Part shown: positions 51,184-64,000 of the stretch, piece by piece
How positions within the stretch are numbered: position 1 is the first letter of the stretch
Layout of the letters: each line of letters begins with the position of its first letter
Source: Paecilomyces variotii
Lineage: Eukaryota
Reading direction: 5' to 3' (one strand)
Length of the DNA stretch: 64,000 nt
Assembly (NCBI GenBank): GCA_004022145.1
Contig: RCNU01000001.1
Translations under genes and position numbers: made by a program
Notes under the pieces: model-generated
Databases searched by the model: none
What the model was told of the DNA's origin: nothing
What the model saw: only the letters and a program-made list of their open reading frames with translations

Positions 51184-53801
51184 ATGGCGATCCAGAAAAA
51201 GGTACGTTCGAGTGCTGCAAGGCGACCCGGGGTCTACGATAGCTAACAGGTAAACAGCACGGTAAGGGTCGATTGGATAAGTGGTATAAGCTCGCGAAGG
51301 AGAAGGGTTATCGAGCACGTGCTGCGTTCAAGCTGATCCAGCTGAACAAGAAGTATGGCTTCCTTGAGAAGAGCAAGGTCCTGCTGGATCTTTGTGCTGC
51401 GCCAGGAGTAAGTGCATACGAGTCCTCTTTTAAACTTTGTTTTCTTGCAAATTGACGATGCGTTATGTAGTCTTGGTGTCAAGTAGCTGCAGAATGCATG
51501 CCTGCTCAAAGTATCATCGTCGGTGTCGATCTGGCTCCCATTAAGCCCATTCCGCGAGTCATCACCTTCCAGAGCGATATCACCACGGACAAATGTCGTG
51601 CCACGATCAGACAACACCTGAAGACCTGGAAGGCGGATACAGTGCTTCACGATGGTGCTCCTAACGTCGGTACTGCGTGGGTGCAGGATGCTTTCTCTCA
51701 GGCAGAGCTCGTGTTACAGTCGCTGAAGCTTGCCACTGAATTTTTGGTCGAAGGTGGTACATTCGTGACAAAGGTGTTCCGATCGAAGGATTACAACCCT
51801 CTGCTTTGGGTCTTCAAGCAGCTCTTCGTATCGGTCGAAGCTACGAAGCCTCCCTCGTCGCGAAATGTCTCTGCGGAAATCTTCGTCGTATGCCGTGGTT
51901 ACAAGGCGCCGAAGCGCCTTGACCCCAAGTTCCTCGATCCTAGGCACGTTTTTGCTGAACTTGCGGCTCCGACACCGAACAACGAGGCTAAGGTCTTCAA
52001 TCCCGAAAAGAAGAAGCGCAAGAGAGATGGATATGAGGAGGGCGACTACACCCAGCACAAGGAGATATCAGTGACGGAATTCATCAACACTACGGATCCT
52101 ATTGCGATTCTAGGTACATACAACAAGCTGAGTTTCCAACAGACTCCGAGTGGCGACCTAGCGCTTGCTACATTGGAGAGGTTGGAGGAAACCACGGACG
52201 AGATCAAGGCCTGCTGTGAGGATCTGAAAGTGCTGGGCAAGAAGGAGTTTCGAAACCTCCTGCGATGGCGTCTGAAGGTTCGCGAGAAGTTTGGTCTTGC
52301 TGTGAAGAAGGGCCCCAAGCCTGGGGAAGCCGAAGCGGAGGAAGTGGCCGAGATCGCGCCCATGGATGAGGAACTAGCTATCCAGGAGGAGCTCCAGCGA
52401 CTTCGCGACAATGAAAATGCGAAGAAGAGGAAAGAAAGGAGGAAGGAGAATGAGAAAAAGCGCAAGGAAATCGTCCGTATGCAGATGCATATGACCACTC
52501 CCATGGATATCGGTATGGAGCAGGTCGGTCCCACCGGCGAGGAGGCCATGTTCGCACTGAAACACGTCGAGAGAAACAACGCCCAGGACAAGATTACGAG
52601 TGGAAAGATTGTCCATCTGAGCGACGATGAAGAGGACGAGTCCGACTCGGCGGAGGAGCTATCAGATGACGACGGAGATCTTCTGGAAAGGGAACTGGAT
52701 TCCTTGTACAATCGGTATCAGGAACGTAGGGAGGATCGGGATACCAAACTACGAGCAAAGAAGGCCCGGAAGGGCTTTGAGACAGAGGAATGGGAAGGAT
52801 TCTCTAACTCTGGTGAAAGCAACAGTGACGCCTCCGATGATGAAGAAGGTTCTGATTCAGGCGTCGCGCTTACGGATGATCGGGTTCCCAAGTCCGCGCA
52901 TCTGTCTAACAAAGCCGCATTATTCTTCGACCAGGACATCTTCGAAGGTGTAGAAGACGAGGATGACATCGAATCATCTGAGGAGGAGGCGGACAGTGCC
53001 GTCGAGATGCAGGAGAAAAATCATACCCAGGAGGCCGCGTCAGATGATGACAGTGAAGATGAAGACGAAGTGCCCGCTAAGAAGTCCTCAAAACCTTCGA
53101 AGGATGTGTGGGCAGAGGACTCCAAGGGCTTTGCATCCGATGAAGAGCCAGAGGAGCCGGAGGACCCCCGGACAAAGGATGGTCGACTCGGTAAGTCACT
53201 CTGCATACTGTTCTTTTCTCGTATTTGACTGACTCTGAATTCAGACATCGATATCATCACTGCTGAGGCTATGGCATTGGCCCAGCAGATGGCTACGGGT
53301 GAGAGGAAGACGACGGATGTTGTGGACGATGGCTTCAACAAATACGCCTTCCGCGACGTCGACGGTCTCCCTGAATGGTTCCTGGATGACGAGTCGAAAC
53401 ATAGCCGCCCCAACCGACCTATCACGAAAGCTGCTGCTGCGGCCATCAAGGAGAAGCTGAGGGCCATCAACGCCCGGCCCATCAAGAAGGTCATGGAAGC
53501 CAAGGGACGTAAGAAGTTCAAGGCAGCGCAGCGACTAGAGAAGCTGCGTAAGAAGTCTGCACTGCTGGCCGACGACGAGGCCCTCAGCGAGAAAGACAAG
53601 GCGCAGACGATCGCAAAGCTGATGAGCAGAGCAGCCAAGAAGAAGCCCAAGCAGAACGTCAAACTCGTGGTCGCCAAGGGCGCCAACAGGGGTATCTCTG
53701 GCCGTCCCAAGGGTGTCAAGGGCAAGTACAAGATCGTGGACGCGCGTATGAAGAAGGACATCCGGGCACAGAAGAGGCTGGCGCAGAAGAAGCGCAAGTG
53801 A
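51184..53801 (+). CDS. SPB1: 27S pre-rRNA 2'-O-methyltransferase Spb1 (3 introns)
   Basis: [63 protein letters not shown]-terminal [11 protein letters not shown]. Confidence 0.97.
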
Positions 53802-54383
53802 AGGAGTCACTGTTCTTTCCTGTATATAAAATTCCTGGTCTGGTTGTTGAGTATGATACCAAAAATGAGTATACTAGTAGTATGTATGTATGTACATCGA
53901 GTCCAATGGCATCTACCATATGGTCTTTTCTGGATGACTGCCTAATATACCGTAAGAATAACCCCGCAGACCCGGATCTCGCCCTGTGGCTTACCACAGG
54001 AACCGAACTGGCTCGATACAGGGACGAGACGAAGCCAATTGGGGAGGATGAGATATCCAGAGCCACGGCGGTGGCGCTGCGGGGGAACAAAGTCGAGTGG
54101 AGCCGGCGTGGCGGGTTTTCGCGTCGAGCAGAACTAATAATAATAATCAATCAGTCAAATATATACTCTATCGTCCGTCTCTTCTCCTGCCCGTTGCTTG
54201 TCGAACCGGCCCCTCCGGTCTCTTCCACGACTCTCTTTTTCGTGCCGTCTGTCATTCTCTCACTTAGGTTTATTATTACCTTCCTATCATGCGCTTGTTG
54301 CCGGCGTTTCCACCATAGGATTCACATTCTTACGTCTCCGTCGCTCAGCTCCCACCGCACAATCTCTCCGTTCCTTGTGCGCC

Positions 54384-55963
54384 ATGGGATTCTTCGACCA
54401 CCTACAGAAGGGAGGAGGATTTTCCCTTCAGCCAAAGAAGCCCCAGATCCGCAAAGTTGTCACGCAGACTCGGCCAGCCGTTCCGGCGCGCACTTCGTCT
54501 GCTGCCGCATCGCCAGCGCCTGCCGCCTCCTCCAGAAGCGCAGTGCGACAGTCAAAGGCGCGGCCAGTGTCCGGGGATTCGAGACAGAATACTCCCCAGA
54601 AGCGACTGGGTACAGCGGGAAAGATTCGCAAGCGGCCCTCGCCTGCGCAACGGTTATCCAGCGATGACGATGACAGCGACACGGACACGTCTTTCGAGGT
54701 GCGGAAGAGGGCCAGAGTGAGCGCCAGCGCAGAGCCTGATCCAGACCGGCGGGTAAGAGACACGGAGATGTTTTCAGAGAAAGGGAAGGAGAGTTTCCGG
54801 ATGGTGCATGCTGCGGATATTGCGTCGTTGGAGAAGCCAGGGAAGTTCAAGAGGGCGTTCGACAAGACGGACAAGCCGGTGGACGTCTGGCTGCAGTATC
54901 CCGGTGCTTCGCAGAAAGAGAGGTATGTTATCTGTTATCTGTTGTCTTGCTCATCAATTGGGATAAGATTGGAAACTGACGGCGAGGGTTTTTTTGCAGA
55001 TACCAGCTCATTGTGCCGCGCGACAAAGACGACTTCAGACCCCTCGACGATATCGTGCAGGTTATTGAGATGGTTTCCCAGAATTACGTACCCGACGATG
55101 AGCGGGACGTGTTTGATAACGACTCAACCGGGATCAAGCGTCGTGTGAGGCGCGCTCTGGCTCATGGTTCGGAAAGTGATTTCAGGGACGCCATTTCCGA
55201 TTACAACAGTATCGTCGAACGATTGAAGCGTAATGGCAGTATCGCAAAGCATCTGGACTCCATTCAGAGGCTCACTCTCCCACTAGTCGAACGCATCTTG
55301 ACTCAGACGTACTCGCGAACAGTCTCTCCGCGAGTCGAGTCGCTGAGGCAGTACGAGAACGGAACCGATAATGTATATGGAGAGCTTCTGCCGCGCTTCA
55401 TCAGCACGATATTCAAGGAGACCAAGTTGAAGTCCGGTCAGGTTTTTGTCGACCTAGGTTCTGGTGTTGCCAACGTCGTGCTGCAGGCGGCTCTGGAGAT
55501 CGGGTGTGAAAGCTGGGGCTGTGAGATGATGCAGAACGCGTGTGATCTCGCGGAGCTGCAAGAGGCAGAGTTCAAAGCGCGGTGTCGCCTCTGGGGCATC
55601 GCCCCTGGCGAGACGCATCTTGTCCGCGGCGATTTTCTTAAGGAAGAGAGTATCGCCAAGGTCCTGCAGCGCGCGGATGTGGTCCTGATCAACAACCAGG
55701 CCTTTACGCCCCAGCTAAACGATAAACTAGTCAATCACTTCCTGGACATGAAGGAAGGCTGCCAGATCGTGTCACTCAAATCCTTCGTCCCTGCGGGCCA
55801 CAAGATCCAGTCGCGCAATCTCAATTCGCCCCTCAATCTGCTGTCAGTTAAGCAGAGGAATTACTGGTCTGACAGTGTCAGTTGGACAGATGTCGGTGGC
55901 ACATACTTCATCGCAACCAAAGACAGTTCGCGCCTGAAGCGATTTGTGGAGAGTATGGGATAA
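54384..55963 (+). CDS. DOT1: Histone H3K79 methyltransferase Dot1 (intron 54923-54999)
   Basis: [47 protein letters not shown] motifs. Confidence 0.96.
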
Positions 55964-56667
55964 GATATGCCGCCTTATCTCGATTCTTGTTCATTTTGCA
56001 TAGAACGAACCCATATACACAGTTCACTGCATATCTCACATCTAGAGAGACATATGGCAAATTCTTGCATTTTTGGTTGTTTCTTTCATGTTTTGATGAT
56101 ACCAATTTATGCGGAGAGAAGAGAAGCATGGGAGATTGATATTAGGGCTTCAGGTCCGTTCCTTTTCTTTCTTGCATAGTACGGGTAGTTATGACCCGAC
56201 TTATTGAATCTCCCCTTCTCTTTTGGAAAGCATCTGCTCCTAGACAAATGGCTATTGAGCAGGCCTTCGTGAGTGCACCCTTTCCCCTTCATCCTGAAAT
56301 GTACTATACATGTCTATGTTCTCTGTTTTGTTCTTGTATATACATATACATTTGGCATATATTTTTTGGCAGATCGAGAGTGCCATGAGTGCCCTCGGTA
56401 AAAGGATACATATTCAGACATGATAGAGATATAAAAATATACATATATACTCCATTCTACAGATGGCTTTTCTCGTCCTTTTTCCGATAACAAGTCATGC
56501 AATGTCCAACTGATATTGTCATTGAACAGGCCAGTAGATCTATACTATGGTATGCCTAGCAAGTCTCCCTGCAGGCTCGGGCTTTTCCACCGGGGCGACA
56601 AGCATACCTATTTAGCTTTAGCTAAGACCGCCATCGTCATGGAGTTATTTGACTCTCTAGTTCGTTA

Positions 56668-57463
56668 TCATGAATATTTCGAAGCGTCGTTCATCGCCTC
56701 CGCTTCTTTCTTCATACGCGCCATCCACCGATCGACCAATTCTTGGTTTTCCTGCTGCAATTTGCTCGATCGGTCCTCTGCCATGTTCAGTTGGAGATTG
56801 AGAGTGGCCAGTTCGTCTTGGAGGTCCTATTGCATCGTCCGCACATTAGCTTTCAGAACGACTAGCAATGAATACCCGTAAGAGAGACGAGCAGGGAAAA
56901 GGAAACGAGATGACTTGGAGAAACGCATACATCCAACAACTTCGCCTTCCCTCTCAACTCCGCATCCCGATCCTTTAACCGCAGCGTGAGATGTGTCCGC
57001 TCTCCCTCTAGTATGGTAATGCGCCGACTATCTTGGACACTCTTCTTTTTCAACTTGTCTAGTTCTGCACTCGTGCGCGATAGTTGTTCCTGCAGCTCAG
57101 CCCGCGAGCGCTGTGCGGCGGACAAGTCGGCCCGCGCGGCCGCGAGAGCGTCCGGAGTTGATGGGCCGTGCTCAGAGGGTTTCCTGGATGGGACCTTGGG
57201 AGAGACTGATGAGTAGCTTGTGGATGGCGGTGGTGGTGGTTGTTCTTGTTGTTGCTCTTGGTGGGTTGTGGTCGCGGCGGTGCGGGCAGTACGGTCTGCT
57301 AGGCGGGTATCTGTAGAACTTGGTGAGTATTGCCATTGTCTTGGGTTATTGCACTGTACATGATGTAGGTTTTCCTACAGGCATCGTAGAGAGCTGTATT
57401 CGCCTTTTCCCGCTCATCTCTGATGCCCAGAGCGGCGAGGTACTCTTCGCGCCAGTTGGCCAT
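56668..57463 (-). CDS. ATG16: Autophagy protein Atg16 (2 introns)
   Basis: [23 protein letters not shown]-terminus, coiled coil [17 protein letters not shown], terminal [26 protein letters not shown]. Confidence 0.9.
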
Positions 57464-57993
57464 CGAAGATTCAGGATGCGAACGATATGAATGATGGATA
57501 TACTCTAGTCGGTTAGTTAGGGATAAGAACGCGGGGCTATGGTATGGGAGATCATGGTCGAGTCCAGCGTGATACACGAAGTGCCAGCCCCGAGCTTTGA
57601 GGAGCCCTGAGAGGCACAAACTGGATCTTCTTCCTCTTGAAATGGGAGGATGATCAAGAGTATATCAATAATAAATACATATTTAAATAGCTACGATAAT
57701 CGTTTGGCTGCAGACCGCTTGCTGGACCGCCCGGGCGGAGCGGAGCAGGTGATGTTATCATCGCCCGTGCACCACCAGCCTCTCCCGTATCACCGCCTAT
57801 CCCAGCTTCATCGTTTCTCTCTGCACTGCACACCACATCTTCACTTTGTCCCCCCATAATTAAACCTCTCCCACCGGCTTTCCCACACAAGGTTGACAGT
57901 TGGTCAGGCGCTGGTGCTTTCCATCCTCTAGTACAGGCTGTCTTGTCTTTCTGCATTTTCCGATTCTCACACACATTTCCTCCCCGACAAACC

Positions 57994-58996
57994 ATGGCGT
58001 CAAGAAAGAAGGTCTTGCTGAAGGTGAGTTTGTTTTGTTCCTAGCTATGCTGCAGAGTCAGCAGTAGCTCTGTGATGCAAGGCGATGGATGCGATATTCA
58101 GCACTCACTGCTGACACTCAATGCTACGACTTTAGGTCATTATCCTCGGCGACAGCGGTGTTGGAAAGACCAGTTTGATGAATCAATATGTTCGTGCTTC
58201 GATCAAAACGCAATGCTCTCTCAATCTCGACCTTCCCGTTTTCTAACACTGTGTGCGTTCTGCTGGGGAACAGGTCAACAAGAAATTCAGTGCGAGCTAC
58301 AAGGCGACGATCGGTGCCGACTTCCTTACGAAGGAGGTGCTGGTGGATGATCGTCTGGTGACCATGCAGGCACGTGGACCTCTGCGCTTCTTATTATACT
58401 GTCTATGTTGGACGAACTAACTAACTAACCTGTCTCCAGATCTGGGATACTGCCGGTCAGGAAAGGTTTCAGTCGCTGGGTGTCGCATTCTACCGAGGAG
58501 CTGATTGCTGCGTTCTGGTTTACGATGTCAACAACTCGAAGAGTTTCGAGGCGCTGGATAGCTGGCGCGATGAATTCCTCATTCAGGCTGCCCCGAGAGA
58601 TCCAGAGAGCTTCCCATTCGTGCGTGACGTCTTGAGTTTCGTGTACTGTTGGGTGCCATGCAGACTGACAGGATCGCAGGTGGTATTGGGAAACAAGATT
58701 GATGTCGAGGAGAGCAAACGGATGATTACGCCGAAACGCGCCATGACTTACTGTCAATCGAGGGGCAATATCCCGTACTTTGAGACTAGTGCTAAGGAGG
58801 CAGTGAACGTGGAGCAGGCTTTCGAAGGTCGGTTATCTGGGGATATCTATTTGACTAGGCTGGCCTGCTGACGTGCAAAACAGTGATCGCTCGTAGCGCG
58901 CTGGCTCAGGAGGATGCTGAGGAGTTCAACGGCGCAGATTTCAATGACCCCATCAACATCCAGCTTGAAAACGACCGGGACAGCTGCGCCTGCTGA
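57994..58996 (+). CDS. YPT7: Rab7/Ypt7 small GTPase (5 introns, one GC-AG)
   Basis: [60 protein letters not shown]-terminal CAC prenylation motif. Confidence 0.97.
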
Positions 58997-59856
58997 TGCG
59001 CCAACCGGGTTGTGATTGCTTTCCGTTGCACGTCTGGATCTGAATACCTCTGATGTCTATTTCCGCGTCGATCCATCTCCTTTAGCATTGCACGTCCATG
59101 AAAATCCGAGTTTCGGGAGGTACAGTCGGCCTAATGATAATACGACCGCTTTAAGGCTCTTTCGTCTGAATTTCTGTTCCTATCATCTTTTGCCTACGAG
59201 TCTGTGGTTTGTTTTCTTGCTTTTTTTTTTTTTTTTACTCGAGAAACGGCTGTCATTGTTCTTCTTGGGAGTCTGGAATGTCTTGTATGCTACTTGCTGC
59301 CCCCAATGAATGAAGTATATGGTTTTCTACTGCTACGATTCCTCGGTATTCCAACTACTCGACCGTGCTTCTGTCAGTAGGCAACAAGATTTCCTGGTGG
59401 ATCTTCTAGTATCGGTAAGGGCTGCTTCATACAATGCTATAACAGAAAAAGTCCCGTATCGAGGCAGACAGGGTTATTCGCTTGGCATCGTGAGACGTTT
59501 CTCGTGTTACGATGGTGGTCGATGCGGGAGACCGCCCTATCAATGATGTGAGAAGCTTGGCGGAATAGCGGCATTATCGCCGTGCCTGACAAAAGAAAAG
59601 CTCCAGGGACTCCTTACGAATACGGTCTTACCTTGATGGATACCGTGAGCTCCTAGAACACCCTGTTGAGCAAAGGGTTCTGCATGCTATGAAGGCAGTT
59701 TCGTTTCCGCTCACTTTCTTTTTTTACTTTCTGATGTGCTTCGTACCTTGACCGCCGTCCCTCCCTCGGGTTTTAGAGCAAAACCCCCCCGCCCTTATCC
59801 GCGATATCCTGCTGAGCAGTGAATATTATTATTCAATACAAACAGATCCAACAACA

Positions 59857-61608
59857 ATGACGGCAATAGATCCGAGTAGCGAGACCCGGCAATCACTCAT
59901 GGGCTCCAGCGATCCCATTGTAGCGCATAGTCGTTATTCATCGCAACATGCCTCGATGTCGTGCGGTCCGGGCCCAGGCGGAGCTGAGATTGCAGATGAT
60001 TCCGGCCTTGGGCGCGCTGTTGCGAGACGTACATTGGGTATCTGTCTGCTTCTATTTGTCGTCGTCCTGTGGACGGCGTCGAATTTCCTGGCTAGTGTAT
60101 GTATATCGCAATTGACGTTTGTAGTCTCTCTTGATCTATCTTTTTTTTTCCCCTTCCGGTGTGACCGAACTGGACCAGTTAATCATTTGTGTCATGATAA
60201 ATCCAGACTATCTTCGCCGACAACACATACTCGAAACCATTCTTCCTGACCTATGTCAACACGTCGCTCTTTATCCTCCCGTTGATCCCGATCATTACAA
60301 AGCGTTTCTGGGAGTTATGGCGCACAGGCAGACTTTCGCATATCAAATCGATCCGGTCATTGCTGGGTGAGCTCGATTGGCATGATACCAAGGAGGAGGA
60401 ACATGGTTTCTACCATGCAGTAGATGACGACGAGAGATTGGAAGGGGAGGGCAGTGATGCTCGCCGTTGGAGTTTGCCGGATCCAGATGCCGTGCCTGGT
60501 TCCAGAGAGCAGAATGGGAAGCTCGGCCTGAGGGCGACGGCGAGATTGAGCTTTGAGTTCTGTCTGCTTTGGGTAAGTTATCTCTGGAAATGTTGATATA
60601 TGTGGAACTTTCTGATCATGGAGCTAATGGTGCCAATATAGTTTATGGTAAGTTGCGCTTTTACGACATATATATATGACCGATTCGTCTCGCCTATTCT
60701 GACTTCGATGATCTGTATAGGCAAACTATTTCGCTATGGCTTGTCTGCAATACACTACTGTAGGAAGTACCACCATATTGACTTCGACAAGCGGTACGTA
60801 TAAACTGATGCATAAGTCAGATGCAGGATGGAGGGAAAAAAAAAAAAAAGGCCAGTCTTCGTGCTGACTAGCAGCATTAGGTGTCTGGACGCTCATTTTC
60901 GGGGCCGTCATTGGTGTCGAAAAGGTTACCCTTCGCAAGTTCTTCGGTGTCTTTGCGTCCCTAGTTGGAATCATTCTCATCTCCCGCGTCGACCTGACCT
61001 CGTCCGATGACCCTACTGCGCAGACGCCCAGCGAACCCAACCCGGGGTCATTCCCGCATAAATCCCCAGGGGAGATTGCTCTAGGGGATGCAATGGCAGC
61101 ATTCAGTGCGATTGTATACGGAATCTACACGATCGTGATGAAAAAGCAGGTTGGCGACGAGTCGCGCGTAAATATGCAGCTGTTCTTCGGACTTGTGGGA
61201 CTCTTCAATACGTTTCTGCTCTGGCCGGGCTTCATCATCCTCCACTTTACAGGAATCGAACGATTCGCGTTCCCGGATACCAATCGCGTGTGGATGATCA
61301 TCTTGGTGAACTCCGTGACGTCCCTAACCTCCGACATATGTTGGGCCTACGCCATGCTATTAACCACACCACTCGTCGTCACCGTCGGTCTGAGCTTGAC
61401 GATCCCTCTATCCCTTGTCGGCCAGATTATCCTCCAAGATCAATACGCCAGTCCGCTCTACTGGGTTGGCGCTGCTATCGTTTTCTTATCTTTCCTTCTC
61501 GTGAACCACGAGGCTGGAGAGCAAGCTGCCGATACAGCAGCCGCTGCTACAACATATACCGCGGTTCCGGGAGAAGATCGAGAAGATCCAGAAGATTTTA
61601 GAACATGA
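59857..61608 (+). CDS. DMT/EamA superfamily transporter, SLC35F (Thi74/YML018C-like), multi-exon with 6-nt micro-exon
   Basis: LFVVVLWTASNFL, YSKPFFLTYVNTS, LW/FM/ANYF, TILTSTSG, FFGLVGLFN, LLTTPLVVTVGLSLTIPLSL. Confidence 0.9.
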
Positions 61609-61804
61609 GCCCCCCTTTTTTTTTTCTTCTTCTTCTTTTCTTTCCCGACGGCGCACTCGGTCCTTTTGTATTATTTTATGTGCAGCGTGTTTGGCGTTTC
61701 TTGTTTGTGACTCCCACGATACCTAGAACTAGTTAGCTAGCCTTCGTTTCTTTTTGTTGTTTTCTCAGATCACACAACACAACAGGAGTTTAAAGTTATC
61801 ACAA

Positions 61805-61806
<2 letters not shown>

Positions 61807-61839
<33 letters not shown>
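61807..61839. repeat. (TGT/GTT)11 microsatellite
   Basis: Trinucleotide run seen directly. Confidence 0.9.
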
Positions 61840-62787
61840 CGCCGGGTATATTATTTTATCCCAAACCATCAATTGGACAATATCAGAATAATTCCTCTTA
61901 AGTAGAATACAACAGTACTTCACAGACAAACTCGCCCATTTTTACTCAATGGTAGATTTCCTTTTCCTTAATTGGCACCTACTCGTAGGTTACGCGCAAG
62001 GAGAACCCGTTAGTTATACTCCTTATATTATTATAAATTACAGCTGTTTTCCCACAGTGGGTCGATTGTAAGGGATGATGTATATCCCCACATACGACGT
62101 CGCGTAGGTTAGGGCATCTTATCGTTTATTATTATGTACAATGTATGTATGTATGTACATATATTGCATATGATATGGGAATGATAATGGCATGCATGGA
62201 AGTATGTTGCTGAGATGGAGTTTGAATTCTTACTTTTTATGAGTAAAGCTGGATATTAGTTATATGTTTTTGGTAGGATGAATCTGAATCTGATTTTTTT
62301 TTTCTTTGGTTGGGTTTTATTATATACATTCGTGTTTATCAGTAAGAAGGGATTTATGAAATATTATCCATATTAGTGATAGTGTGATTGCCATGAACTA
62401 AAGGTAGAATTTATAGAATAATGTATGTATGTACAATGCTAAATCCAAAGACATGTCGTCAATGGCCCAGGGAACGGCGATGATGTCCTATGCTTTAAAA
62501 TGGTCCTCGAAACTAACAGTGATAAGGATGCTTAGGATTATTGACGAAGAGAAATTTTCGTTCTCCGTGCCAAATGTCCCGGGTCATACGCCTGCGATGC
62601 TGTTGTCGCGCCAAGAAAAAGGAATGGCTAGAGATTAAAGATAGTAGTAGTAACAGTAGTAGTAGTCGTACAGGGGTATATTTGAAAGAAAGCAGAAAGA
62701 AAAAGAAAAGGAAATAGTACAACGAGTGGCGGAATATGCATCACTTGTAGGCCTGATGTGTCAACCCCCCCAGGAAAGGGTGTTATG

Positions 62788-64000
62788 TCATGTCCGCTGT
62801 GACACCGCTGACGTTCCGGTGATTCGCTTGCGGGCGACAATCACGCTCTTCAAAGCGCCGAGCCATTTCGCAAGAGCCTCCTCATCAGGGGCACAGAATC
62901 TATAGGATTTATCCTCGGCAATCACTTGAAGACAGAAGTTCTTCGAGCGGGATATGGGATCGATTTCGGCCGCATTGATGACCTGGTCCATCGGTACAAG
63001 CTTTACGACAGAGTATTCCTGATTCAAACTTGTTAGCCTATTTGTAGAGACCTCAAAGCTATCCGTTCTGGAACAGAACTAGGACTCATATGGGACGTCT
63101 ATTTCATACCTGCTCATTTTTGTAGAAGGAAAGACTCTTCGGGCGGAGAACCACCCACAGCTTTTTCCACTGTCGCACGCCTCTCTTCGCTCTTAAGCAT
63201 TGAAGGTAACCGTGGCAAACGACTCTCTCAGGATCTCCCAGACCCACGTCGCTGGTCTGGCTGGCGTCGCGGGGTAACGGAGGTCGTGTATCCGTATCCG
63301 GAGGAGCAGATACAGACAATTTGGGTAGAGACGTCGCAGAGCGCTGCTTCATGCCGACACTGGGGCCATCAGAGAACTCTGAGTACGAGGTGACGTCGTT
63401 CCCTGAGTAGTCCTGCATGTATGGCACCCTCGAGCCACTGCGTCCGGGTGAGAGACCGCGAACGACATCAGGAGAAATTGCTCGCGGTACATGGTCGACA
63501 TCCGAGTGATCACTTGCATTGTCCGTCGTCAAGCCGTCACCGTTTCTGCTTTCGCGCATCCTGGCCTGAGCAACATAAGCCTCCTCGTCTTCGTCGACAC
63601 GAGCCTCAGCACGGATGCGTTCAATCCAGTCGTCTGCATCCTTGGCCGACGTCGCCTGGAACCTGTAGTTCTTGGACGGCGAGAAAATGCCAAAGACGTG
63701 GTCTCTCCTTGACCGCGGGGATTTGATAGGCGCAACTGCAGTGACTTCGGACAAGGTGACGGAGAGTCGCAGCCTAGTTTCCTGCTCATCTTTATAGACC
63801 GACAGTAGGTTTGGGCGAAGGACGAGGTAGACAGCTTTCCACGACGATTTGAAGGCCTAAACTAGGTCAGACAGCACGATTTCTCCAGGACATGGACACG
63901 TTACTGACATGTTTGCTCTTGACCTTCCGATAGACCATGCCACTCTTCAGTACTCGATCAAATTCGAAGCTTCCATTCTGGTTCACGGGGGAGAAAGTGT
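62788..64000 (-). CDS. OPY1: Tandem PH-domain protein, Opy1-like (5' end outside the window)
   Basis: FSPVNQNGSFEFDRVLKSG, WKAVYLVLRPNLLSVYKDE (PH1); GYLQCL..VRQWKKLWVVLRPKSLSFYKNE..WLGALKS (PH2). Confidence 0.8.

Noticed and set aside
52046-53797. 221-aa and 258-aa antisense ORFs over SPB1
   Set aside because: Low-complexity mirror images of acidic and basic coding sequence.
53798-54667. 289-aa ORF bridging SPB1 and DOT1
   Set aside because: Non-ATG start, overlaps DOT1 out of frame, no protein-like features.
31646-55963. Three SAM-dependent methyltransferases (ABD1, SPB1, DOT1) in one window
   Set aside because: Unrelated housekeeping functions interspersed with other genes; no evidence of a functional cluster.
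62090-62110. ACATACGAC resembling the 5' end of fungal 5S rRNA (possible Starship target)
   Set aside because: The match stops after 9 nt; no 5S body, no tyrosine recombinase and no element boundary seen.

Overview
Filamentous ascomycete (Eurotiales-like, Aspergillus/Paecilomyces-type) chromosomal DNA with intron-containing genes. In order: 3' end of a Git1-type MFS transporter, PEX11, an eroded gene-poor stretch (about 3-9 kb), a spliced 30-aa zinc-ribbon micro-protein gene absent in spliced form from the ORF track, a Na+/H+ antiporter, a decayed protein-kinase pseudogene, PEP carboxykinase (acuF/PCK1) converging on a mitochondrial 2-oxoglutarate/malate-type carrier, a lone divergent P450, NSE2, ABD1, a small hypothetical, an Rsm1-like C3HC protein, a GPI-type SGNH esterase, an Irs4-like EH protein, a Zn2Cys6 factor, an alpha/beta hydrolase, SPB1, DOT1, ATG16 head-to-head with Rab7, an SLC35F/DMT transporter and an Opy1-like double-PH protein. 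I found no intact mobile element, tRNA, rRNA or CRISPR. The most interesting signals are an unusually long, hairpin-dense PEPCK intron bounded by box C/D-like motifs with competing pairings over cryptic 3' splice sites, the CPxCG micro-protein, and AcuK/AcuM-type CCG-N7-CCG clusters in front of both PEPCK and the neighbouring carrier. There is also a GC-AG intron and a 6-nt micro-exon. Exon coordinates were read by eye and may be off by a few bases.
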